A program made the position numbers and the translations under genes. Below are positions 40,928 through 52,170 of a stretch of 64,000 nucleotides of DNA, piece by piece. The DNA comes from Eledone cirrhosa (Eukaryota). The notes under the pieces are model-generated. The model did no database searches, was not told the origin of the DNA, and was given only the letters and a program-made list of their open reading frames with translations. The stretch spans positions 381,796,001 through 381,860,000 of the forward strand of contig OZ024740.1 of the NCBI GenBank assembly GCA_964016885.1, written 5' to 3'. The stretch's first letter is position 1, and each line of letters begins with the position of its first letter.

Positions 40928-41973
40928 TGTAAAGTAAATGATATAATGTAAATGAAACATTTAAATTGATATTTGATACTTGAAAATATTTTATAATTAA
41001 ATCGTTGATTTTCTAAGGAATCTGCAAGTTCATATTATCATATTAATTGTCTTACAACGATATTTTATACTCTCGTAACGTTATAATTGGATGGGGACAT
41101 TTGATTGAACAATAGACGTTATATCGTCACCTGTAGTACATTTATGAGGGTTGTCAGTGTAAATCCTTTTAGGATGCTAGTGCACTGTTGCACTTTTCCT
41201 TATATTTATTTTTATTAAGGAGAGAGCGCGTATCAAGGCAGAACTAACGTTAATGATGATAGACAATGTTGGTCTATGTAGTAGCTGAAATCTGTATCAA
41301 AATCTGGAAACAGTGACATTTAATTCATTTCTTTAATATTTCTTAAATTTCTGAATAGATAGAAACATTGTCGAAGAGCATTAGATGCACATTTTTACTA
41401 TGTTGATTTCAAACTTAATTGAATGTTTGTTTGGTAAACATATAAAAGAATATGGTGAAACACAAGATTCAGATATTTTGAACAAAATATAATGCAAACA
41501 ATCTTCATTGGAAAATGATCTTACATAAAATAGTTCTTTTTCTCCTGTGCTATATAAAAATAGTATTTCAAGTCAATAAAGTGGCTGATTTGCTAAAACT
41601 ATAGCCAAATTTCCCCCATATCGCACCACCGCACACTTTAAAAAAGAACATATTTGATAATGTTCCCACGGGTTCAGTGCATATAGGAAAGTACCGTAAT
41701 TGTCATTACCGGAATACATTTGATCACAGGTCTGCATGATTAGGGAGGACGTGGATAAACTGCAACAAGACTGCAATAACAATAACAATAAAATATAAAA
41801 CGAATAAAGCTGGTTGCATTGAATGCAACCAGCTTTATTCGTTACTGTTACTGATCTTTTCAAATATTTGAAGACAATCAGCCTTCAAGAATACCTAATC
41901 TGGAAATAATTACAGCATGCTGAAATAAACAATAATATCAACAAAGTCAATAATTAAACGGTATTATTAGTTT

Positions 41974-42152
41974 GGATTGGCAGTATCAGTAGAGGGTCGG
42001 ACGCCATGCTTTGACGTATAGAGTTACGGCCCTTGCCATTATGAGTTCAATCCCGCCGAGGTTAACTCTGCCTTTCATCCTTACGGGGTCGATAAAATAA
42101 AGTACCAGTAATGCACTGGGTAATTGCTGTCCTTGTGCCAAACGTAGGAACA
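41974..42152 (+). mobile_element. tRNA-derived SINE with TSD
   Basis: TSD attattagttt at 41963-41973 and 42153-42163. Confidence 0.92.
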
Positions 42153-44824
42153 ATTATTAGTTTTAAGTTCAATTAATCGCATTAAAATATTTGATGTTGG
42201 GGTGAATGAGTTCAGGTTCGGGGTAATCATTTTGAAATAATTCAAATAACTCTTGATTCCTATGCATTATTAAGACACTCGATTTGGAATCATGTAGGCA
42301 CTTGTTCAATCCCAATGCTCTACACATTGAGCAAGCGCCATTTAACATACTCACAGATTACCCAATGCCCTATGAGTAAAATTTGGTAGATAGCTACTGC
42401 AGGAAGTGTGTCATATATTCATTGCTTTAGTCGAGCAGGATTTCAGTGATAAATCATGTGGCACATAATCACAATTTTATATATTGCACTCTCTCCGCTG
42501 TCCAGTTAATTTCTCTTTTTGCTCTGAATGAAATGTGACAGTGGTCGCAGCTCACAACGACGTGACAGTGTGATAGTTGCTGTTTGGCTCGTATTGTTAG
42601 TAGTGCACATAATAGTTTCTCTTTTGGCTATCAAACCATAGAGGTTTTTCGGTATGTACGTATATATTTTTGCATTATTTGTTACATTCGTCTATATAGA
42701 GGCTGGACGGATTTGCGTATTTATGGAGATTTTCCGTAAGAGCACTGGTGCTTCTATATAGATTCAGCTGAATGGAGTTTGTTCGTGTAATGGAAAAGCT
42801 GCCATGTTTGAAATGTACTGCGACAAGAAATATTTTTTTTTGTATATTTATTTCATTTTGTAACTCATTAGTGTGGATTGTCTTTGTAAATCCTTTTATG
42901 ATGCTAGTGCACTGTTGTTGTACTTTGCATTATATATATTTGATTGTGGAGAGATTGGGTTTCCCGGTAGTACTAACGTAACCGTACGTTTATATACCTT
43001 TATTGTTGGCTAATTCTGTTGGCCATGCTTGCATGATTATAACAAATTGAGTATTATGTGGTGCGTTTGTATATAATCCATAGTATATCTCTCCTCTGTG
43101 CGTCTGAGTTGTGTTATTATGTTATTTAGTGTGAGAGTTCATAATATTTGATGTCTCGTGTATTGCTGGTTATATGAGAAACCGTGTTTGTTGTAAGTGC
43201 AACATTATCTCATTTGTTATGGCGCAAAGATTCTAAATAGGATTGGTGTAGCAGTGTGAGAGTGTTTGGAGAATGATGGTAGTAAATAAATACGGCGTCC
43301 TCTGAGGATGAAGCAGTATAACCTATGGAGTTGCGAGAAAGTAGTGTACGAACACAGCTTGAATACGGTTGATGAGAAGACAAAACATCAAAGCATTTGG
43401 TTAACCAACGTCTAGTGTTATTTTAGTGTGATATTGAATGCTGTTTATATTAGTGGATAGTTGAAAATATAGTCGGAAATGTTACTGATGTCGTTTAAAT
43501 TTAGAATGGTAGGTGCAGGAGAGTTATATATATCATATATTTTCTGTTGTGTGCCTGCCAACAGTGTGATGGATGAGTGTAGTGGATCGATTCAGATGCG
43601 GGATATGTGCTGATTAGTAATATCAAGGTTTAGCATTTATGGAATAAGAAAATAAAGGCGACGAATTGAAATAGTCGGTGTTCTGAGTTCTCAATTCATA
43701 ACCCACCGAGATCAACTTCGTTTTCGTCCTTTGGAAGCACCTGTCAGTGCTGGTATCAGTTCTTCTATACAATTGTGTTAATTTTGGCCAGCATCTAGTT
43801 TCTTTGAATTTTATACTGTTAGATACTGTACTTGATTCAGTCCTGCCTTTTGTGCATTAGATTTATGTATGTGGTTTTGTTTGAGCTTGACTCGTTTGGG
43901 TTCTTAAATTTCTCTATGACTTTTTAATGTTTTTTTAGATTGAACGGGTCAATAGTGTGGTAAAGATGGATGTTGCTTTCATTTGGATTTTCTGTTTTAT
44001 GTTTAAGAGGTTTGGTGGCTGATGTACAAGAAATGTCTGTTTGGTGTTGCAGTTATTGTATTACGGGTTGGGGTATGAGCACTCTTGTTGGTGATGATGG
44101 AAATAACAGTTCATTGTATTATATTGATAGTTCTGTGGTTTATATTTTCATTCATACATCAACTTAAAACAGATTAAGCCGACAGTGAACCACATCAATC
44201 ACATTGGCATCAAGGGGACTGTGATGCCATTGGCACATTTCCTTCTATAAAATCCAACAAATAAAAAAAAGATTTATTGTTCTTGAAATTCATAAAATTA
44301 AGGAATTGAGATTTACTTTATGAAATCGCCATTTTCTTGTTTTATCGGTCGATGTTTAGCAATGTGTTTAGATTGTAACTTAACATTTATTGGTATAATA
44401 AAAACGAAACCCGTAAATAGTTTTACAATGACTTTCATTTGGAACATAAATAGTTTACTACATAGTAAAAGCAGCCCTATTCCTGTCATCGACTAAAGAA
44501 TGTTCAGCCGAATTAAACAATAGTAGTATTATAATTTCAGTATTACACAATATTTCTTCAGCACAATACACTTTATTCTTCATTTATTGTTGCTTTATGT
44601 TTGGAATAAACACAGTGTGGTAGCTAGCTTTAAAGAGTAAACTTATAAACCAGTTGAAATGAATGTGTAACGAGATTGTGTGATTCCCAGTTGTAACCGT
44701 TTCATTTAATATTCATGAAAACTAAATCATTCACATGAATAAATAAACATATCATTGAAATAAATTTGAAATAATAATTGTAATCACTAATTGTTTCTTA
44801 TAGAATTAAAATATTTTAAAACAG

Positions 44825-44970
44825 ACATATCGTAGCGAATTGGTACAATCGTTAAAGCGACAAAAATGATGATTTGTGATATTTGCTCTGGTGCATTGAA
44901 ACATATCCCGACAAGGGCATATTTGCCGTTCATCCTTCTTTGTTTGATAAATAATCTACCAGTTATGAGC
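44825..44970 (+). mobile_element. Highly decayed SINE (a similar relic lies near 43660-43740)
   Basis: gcgaattggtacaatcgttaaagcg ... tttgccgttcatccttctttgtttgataaataatctaccag. Confidence 0.5.
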
Positions 44971-46507
44971 TGTGTTCTATTTTTATCTCTTTTTTTCCCC
45001 TCGCTCGCAATAAGGTAAATTATTCTGCGAGAAATATGGCTGAGTCCGTTTCTCCTTAAACCGTGAAAGGTTTGAACAAGGAGTCAAAACACTATTCATA
45101 TTAAGTACCTGATATAGTAATGAAACGATCCAAGTACGAATAGAAATAAAGAAGAAATGTTTTAGTTCATTGTCAAATTATTATTGCCAAATTTCAACAA
45201 ATGTTTTTCTTTAGCACCTTTTGTCGCTGAAGCTTTGGATTGTATAACGCGGCTATATCTATTTATCTAACTATAAAGGGGAAACCTATGCTGTCGTTAG
45301 AAGCTGGAGCAATATATGCTTCGTTGGCTAGCATTGTCGTGACAGATCCAGAGTGTGGACAGTATCGAGAGTTTCATGATGAAACACATCTAAAAATCTG
45401 GCAAGCGCCATATATCAATTTGAAAACTTTGGCCGATTTTAATATGATTCAAAATATTGTTTAAAACATTTAACTTCAGTTATATTACCAATGTTCCAGA
45501 GAAAAGCCTGAATATAGTGTAATTAAATTCCCCTTTTATTCTAAAGCTCTGATAAAAAGACATATTTTTAAAGACTTTCTAAATCAAATTTTGAAAACTA
45601 CATAGTGACTGTTTCCTTTAATGGTTTGATCTAGCGGAATATGAAGTTTTATTGCCTTTATATGTTCTCTAATATCGGTGAGATTGATGCAGTTAATATA
45701 GAGTTAATATTGCATTTGAAATGGTGCAGTAAAAGAAGAATGCATGGACAGGAAGGGAATTCTAGAAAGCAGGCTTCCTGTAATACTGGGATGGATCGCA
45801 TTATCATACTGATTTGTTTGTACAACAGTTCAGTTGTTAGCGTCTGTCAGTTTAGTCTGCGAATTGACTGGAATAGTACAAGAGAACCGCAGAGAATATA
45901 AATACTAAACGGAGAAGCCAGAAAACTGGATTTTGCATGCATTTACTCAAACAATCTCCTGCTTAGATTAAGCGATGATATATTTCTTCTCGAAGAATTT
46001 TGTGCCATAATTTAATGATATAAAGCGTCATAAATTTGCAAAAAGAAATGTTTCCCAAAACACTAACTAAATAAATGAATAAAAATAAAGAAAATGAAAA
46101 ATGACGACTGACAAATCTATCTTGATAAGACTGCTACGTCAAAGTTCAACAGATTCTAATACAGAAAAACTATATAGAAACAACAGGACTGTTTCTTCTA
46201 TAGAAATATAGGCCGAAATATTAATGCGAATCTGTGATAGAATCTCTAGGAGAAATATTAGATTGAATGAATCAATGGCCTTTATAACTTTCAGGTTTAG
46301 AGAATATAAGAAAAATAGAAACTATATCAAACAAATACACGGAATGAAAACAAAAAAAAAAAGAAGAAAAGATGTGAATGTGCCTATTATTTAAATGAGC
46401 ACATTATACTGTTCAATAGCAATGACAACAAAAGCACAGCATAAATTTAAACTATATTATTGTATATAGAAATCTGTTTATCTATAATTAACTGGTTGAA
46501 GTTACTA

Positions 46508-46554
<47 letters not shown>

Positions 46555-48937
46555 GGCGACCTACGTAGGAAATCGTATAATCGTGAGCTCCGCAAAGGTT
46601 TGTTGTTTTCAGTTGTTTCAAATTGCCATTTATGGAAAATTTTGTTGTTAAGTGTTTATAAGTTCACATATATCGCTTTCTGAAAAGGACACTGAAAAAG
46701 ATTGGGGCCTTGAGCCCAAAATTTAAACTTTTATAATTATCAAACAAAAATAATTTCTTTGAAAAAATCATGAACGATTCACAGCCACACCAAGCTGGCA
46801 GCCTTCCTCACAAACTAACACCTCACACCAACACCACCATTGTAAGTATTACTACGTTTGCCAACACTAAAAATATAAGCAGTAGCAATAATTTAAATTT
46901 GTCTCATGCAGACATTCATTTCCCGCCATTACCAATAACTGCAGCTGTTAAAGCCGCCACCTCCACCTTCACCACAGCGAAAACAGAAACACAAGAAAAA
47001 AATAAACTTTTATCTCGTGACATCGAAATGGATTCACCCAGAATCGACACTTCCACACCGAACACCACTGACGCCACCATCACCACAGCTGAAACTAAAA
47101 ATTACAATAACAAAAATAACAATAACAACAACAGCAACAACAACAATGAGAATAACAACAAAAACATCAACACCACCGCAAATGTGTCTTTGCCAAAGCA
47201 GCCAAGAAATGCGAAACAATCGAGGTAACTCACGCGAACTAGGATGCAGGAAATCCGAGTCGGCTTACGCCGACGACTTCACAGTGGTGGTGTCAAGCAC
47301 CAGACACGGCCAGATGCTTGGCACCGCTCTCAAGGAATACGAAGCGGTGATAGGAGCAAAGATAAACCAGGAAAAGTCGGTGGGCTTGCAGCTCGACACC
47401 TGGAGAGGCAAGTCCATGCCGTCAGACAGCGTCGTGTGTCGTTGGACGGACGGACCGGTTAACTTGCTCGGGGTTTGGTTCGGACCGGACCTCTAGGTGG
47501 AGAAAAACTGGAACGAGGTGACGACCAAGGTGGCCTCCCTCACCCAGAAATGAGCCGAGAGGAAGCTGTGCATGAAAGGCCGGTCGGAGGGGAGAATGCG
47601 TACATCGCATCCGTCATCTGCTACCGCCTCACCGTCGTCCCTTGCCCCGGCCCAGCTCTCACCAAAATGGAGTGCCTCCTCTTCCTCATTTTGTGGAAGG
47701 GACGCGCTCCCATGGTCAGACGATCCATCTGCTGTCAACACCGTTGCGTGGAGGACTGGACATGCCATGGCTGATGATGCGCAAACATACGCTGAGGCTG
47801 CGACATCTCTGGTGCTTCCTTGACGGTGAACAGGTGTGGTCGCCATTCGCCAGGCACGTTTTCCCACAGCTCGTCTCCTTGACGGAGCTGCAGTCCTGGG
47901 TCAGAAAAAGACCGAGGGATAGCGCTTGGAAACTGGAATGTCTCCAGGCGCTCACTGCCCGCTGCCAGCTGGGCACCTGTATCGGTGGAACATCCACCTC
48001 GGCGTTCTATAGATCTATAGAGGACTAGTGGAGGGGAAGAGCGATGACGTTCTCGGAGAGATCCTGGGCGTCGAAGAAGATCAGCTGTTTGCTCTCTTCC
48101 GGAGAACTTTCATCCCAGGGCCTATGGATAAATTCCAAACATCCCTGGCCTGGCAGGGCTACCGGGGAGCGCTGCCGGTTCGAGATAAGCTCTACAGGCA
48201 CTAAGTGCCGTCAGCCGAGCTTGTCCGAGATGCGCGCAGAGCGACGAAACCGTCGTGCACGCACTCGTTCAGTGCCAGAGCATTGCTTACTTGTGAAGCT
48301 GTGTCGAACAGTTGCTGTCGCGTATAGGACTGATCCGGTTATCGACTGAGTCCATTGTGCAGATGGTCTCGCCGTCTTCCTTCGAGGAGGAAAGGCAGGC
48401 AGTTTTCATCTGCCTGGTGGCCATGGCGAAAGAGATTGTGTGGTGGACAAGGTTAAAAGGGTTAAAGACAGACACTTTCCTCTTCGGCGAATCCCTAATT
48501 AACTTTTTCAAGTTTCACTTGAAGAGGAGAATCAGGGTGGAGAGGCAAGTGGTGCCTTCTAGCAAGTTTGTTGAAAGGTGGGTGAATGTAGCGAGAATGG
48601 TCCGAGTGAACCGGACCGCTCTGAATATACGTCTGTAGTTTGTGAAATGGAAAAAATGAGAGAGGGCGCTTGCCCTGGTGGTCGGGTTGGCCGTGGTCTT
48701 TTGTGTGGGTTTCCCCACGGGTAACCCTCGGAGGTCCCCCCCCCCTATTGGGGAATTCTTCATTGTTTCAATTTTCATTTTTATTGTTTATATATACGTG
48801 ATGTCTCTATGTCTTTTTTTTTTTCTTTTCTTATATAAATAATAAAAATATTTACACGCACAAAACCCACATCGTACCGTCCTGTGCCGTCTATAATGTT
48901 TTTCTTGATGTCAGCCCGTGTGGCCAATAAAGAAATC
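46555..48937 (+). mobile_element. Internally deleted Tx1/L1-like LINE inserted in (TTA)n
   Basis: 5' region and low-complexity ORF 46770-47228 joined to SAYADD...YEAVIGAKINQEKS...LLGVWF; C-terminal CPRCAQSDETVVHALVQC zinc knuckle; 3' end gtggccaataaagaaat. Confidence 0.85.
47230..48638 (+). pseudogene. Tx1/L1-like ORF2 C-terminal half (RT motif 5 to end) with stops and frameshifts
   Basis: YADD motif, thumb region, RGGLDMP and CCHC finger spread over ORF-track fragments 47017-48638. Confidence 0.85.
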
Positions 48938-48940
48938 ATT

Positions 48941-49118
48941 GGATTGGCAGTATCGGTAGAGGGTCGGGCGCCATGCTTTCCAGCATAGTTACGTCCCTTT
49001 ACAATCTGAGTTCAAATCCCGCCGAGGTTGACTTTGCCTTTCATCCTTACGGGGTCGATAAAATAAAGTACCAGTAATGAACTGGGTAATTGCTGGCCTT
49101 GTGCCTAAAGTAGAAACA
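48941..49118 (+). mobile_element. tRNA-derived SINE directly after the Tx1-like LINE 3' end
   Basis: Near-consensus copy. Confidence 0.93.
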
Positions 49119-49673
49119 ATTATATTATTATTGTTATTATTATTATTATTATTATTGCTGTTGTTGTTGTTGTTGTTATTATCATTATTATTATTGTTGT
49201 TGTTGTTGTTTCTTCGTATAGCTTCTAACGCTAGAGATGTAGAACAGTGTTAGCTTTTCACTACCAGTGAACTGACTTACGTAACACTCCTTATTTTAAA
49301 AGTACCCCTCGGAGTATTCGAGCTGTTCCAAGGAATGCTGTTTTTTGTAAATGTTCCATCCATATTGCATTCCCTTTTTGTTTAATGTATTTCTCAAGTA
49401 CTTTACTCATTGCTCCTAAGAAACAAAATAATATTGCTATTACTACCACCTATTTCAGTGACTCCAACTGCTTAACCTACCAAGCTAACCTGTCACCTCC
49501 ATCATCTTATCTTCTTTATCACATATCTTGTTACCAGCTGGTCAGGCTATATGTTTGATTCAACATTTGTTGCTTTCTTTCTCAATTAATACAATATGAG
49601 GTATCCTATGGTCAATCCCATGGTCACACCGTATCACAAAGTCCTACAGGATATTTGCATTATCATCTTCGAT

Positions 49674-49834
49674 GGATTGGCAGTATCGGTAGAGGGCGGT
49701 GGATTGGCTGTATCGGTAGAGGGCGGTGGATTGGCAGTATCGGTAGAGGGCGGTGGATTGGCAGTATCGGTAGAGGGCGGTGGATTGGCAGTATCGGTAG
49801 AGGGCGGTGGATTGGCAGTATCGGTAGAGGCGGT
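49674..49834 (+). repeat. Six tandem copies of the 27-bp SINE head containing the A-box
   Basis: ggattggcagtatcggtagagggcggt x6 (the last is 26 bp), followed by the normal SINE head. Confidence 0.95.
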
Positions 49835-49999
49835 GGATTTGCAGTATTGGTAGAAGGTCGGATGCCATGCTTTGACGCATAGAGTTACGGTCCTTGCCAT
49901 TCTGAGTTCAAATCCCGCCTTTCATCCTTCCGAGGTCCATAAAATAAAGTACCAGTAATGCACTGGGTAATTGCTGGCCTTGTGCCTAATGTAGAAACA
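49674..49999 (+). mobile_element. SINE with tandemly amplified 5' end and 15-bp TSD
   Basis: TSD attatcatcttcgat at 49659-49673 and 50000-50014. Confidence 0.92.
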
Positions 50000-51508
50000 A
50001 TTATCATCTTCGATAACGCCCTCAGGGTTATATGTTCGTACCAGTATTCTGCTATGTGAAGTGCATGCCAAAAGATACACTGTTGACCATCCTTGTTATG
50101 TTGTCGTGGCATCTCTTATATTCTGTCTGAGCAAGTGGTGTGCATTGACTGGTCATATACCATACATTTTCTCCATCCATGCCACACATTCTATACTTCT
50201 TTCTATTGTGTGGTCCACTCTATGCTTGATATAGTTAGTTCTTACTGCTTCTTCTCAAGCAGCAGAGATTAAGGCTTCTGTTTGCAGTTTTATATCACTT
50301 TTAGTCATCCATAACTACCTTTTGCCTCTGCGTGTCCTATCTTCAATATCTTTAAGTAATTGTCCATAAATTATTTTTTCTTTCCCTCTACTTACAGTTT
50401 CATCTATCTTCAAATACTTGTGCTGTGTTTACTTTTCTCTGCAAGCTTCTATTTTGCAGTCCTGATCTTCTTACCTCCTGAAACAATAGTTCTGTGGAAT
50501 TTTTTATGTCTTTGCACCCTATCAGTCGCCTTGCTCCTCTATTTGTTGGTATATGTAATTTGTCTGTATCTGGCTTCGGGGAAAATATCCCATATTTAGT
50601 CAATATCTTTCTTGTCTTTCGGTCTAAACTGCTTAAGTCTTCCACTGTCCACGTGATCACTCCCGCCTCATATATAAGGAGTGATACCGGCCATGTGTTG
50701 ATAGCTTCTAGCTTATTCCGTCCATTCAATTCCGACTTGAGAATAAGTCTTAATATGATCCTGAATTCCACCTTAAAATCGTCTAACATTTCCTCCTGCA
50801 GTATCTCATCAACTTCCAATATCCCTAAGTACTTACAACCTTTCCTCTTCTATTTGCTTTATAACCTTTCCGGGTGGCAGCACCAACCCCTCCATGCTTT
50901 CATTTTTGCCTCTGTTCAAGATTAACACCTCGTACCTTTTTAATACGAACCCCATTCTGATGTCAGCACTAAATGTATACACCGTATCAACAAGGGAACC
51001 AAGCTGGGTTCATTCTTACCATAAAGCTTGAATTCGATTTTTTAGTTGATTTTAGTTGATTCATACCCAGCCATAACGTTTTCAAAATGATTGTCAATGG
51101 AATCATGCACAGTTCAAACATCAGTTGTGACAGGCTGCCACCTTGGAATATAGCTCTCTTGATTTCTATTGTTGCTAAATCTCTTCCATATACTTTCACT
51201 TCAGTTTTCCACTCTTTCATACATTTCCTGAAAAATCGCTCAACATTTGATGCCATACTAAATAATTAATGCATTCCATAATCCAAGAGTGTGAAATCAT
51301 GCCATAAGCATTGCAATAATCAATCCACGCCATGATGAAGTTGGTTTTCCTCCTCTTGCTACCCTTAAGTATAGTTTTATCTATCAAAACTGGTTCTTTG
51401 TACCTCTGCACTTACGCTTGCAGCCTGTTTGCTCATCCGGTAGAAATCCATTTTCTTCAAGATACCCGTACATTGATTCTGCGATTATTCCTTATTAATA
51501 TCCAAATA

Positions 51509-51696
51509 GGGCGGTGGATTGGCAGTGTCGTTAGAGAGTCGGAGGCCATGCTTTGCAGCAAAGAGTTATGGCCCTTTATGGTTTGAGTTCAAATCCCGCC
51601 GAGGTTAACTTTGCCTTTCATCCATACGGGGTTGATAAAATAAAGTACCAGTAATACACTGGAATAATTGCTGGCCTTGTGCCAAAAGTAGAAACA
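51509..51696 (+). mobile_element. tRNA-derived SINE with TSD; a further partial copy at 51832-51916
   Basis: TSD attaat(a/t)tccaaata at 51494-51508 and 51697-51711. Confidence 0.92.
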
Positions 51697-51917
51697 ATTA
51701 ATTTCCAAATAAATAGTAGGTGTGTAGCTGTCTACTGAATCTTTTAAGCTCAAAACTGTTTGGACCTTTGTCAGCCACTCTGGTATCATTTGATCAGTAT
51801 TTCGAATGTTCAGTTATTCATTCATGTCATTTTTGCCCTTCATCCTTACGGGGTAGATAAAATAAAGCACCAATAAGTCACTGGAGTTATTGCTAGCGCT
51901 GTGCCAAAAGTAAACAC

Positions 51918-51948
51918 ATTATTATTATTATCATTACTACTACTACTG

Positions 51949-51982
<34 letters not shown>

Positions 51983-52005
51983 AACTGCTGCTGCTGCTGC
52001 TGCTG

Positions 52006-52082
<77 letters not shown>

Positions 52083-52120
52083 GCTGCTGCTACTACTACT
52101 ACTACTACTACTACTACTAA

Positions 52121-52158
<38 letters not shown>

Positions 52159-52170
52159 TTGCTGCTGCTA
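51918..52170. repeat. Compound (TTA)/(CTA)/(CTG) trinucleotide microsatellite
   Basis: Read directly from the sequence. Confidence 0.95.

Larger units (their letters stand above)
49210..51830 (-). mobile_element. Degenerate R4/Dong-like non-LTR retrotransposon interrupted by two SINEs
   Basis: AWIDY.NAY..ISHSW, IFQGGSLS.L.F.L.MIPL, LKSELNGRNKLEAINTW, LDRKTRKILT, LQKTAFLGTARILR; 3' end runs into (TAA/CAA)n, the known Dong target type. Confidence 0.88.

Noticed and set aside
45240-45464. 74-aa ORF as a candidate exon
   Set aside because: An in-frame stop lies between the nearest acceptor (45214) and the ORF; no recognisable motif
49674-49860. CRISPR-like array of 27-bp repeats
   Set aside because: No spacers, eukaryotic context, and the unit is the SINE 5' end
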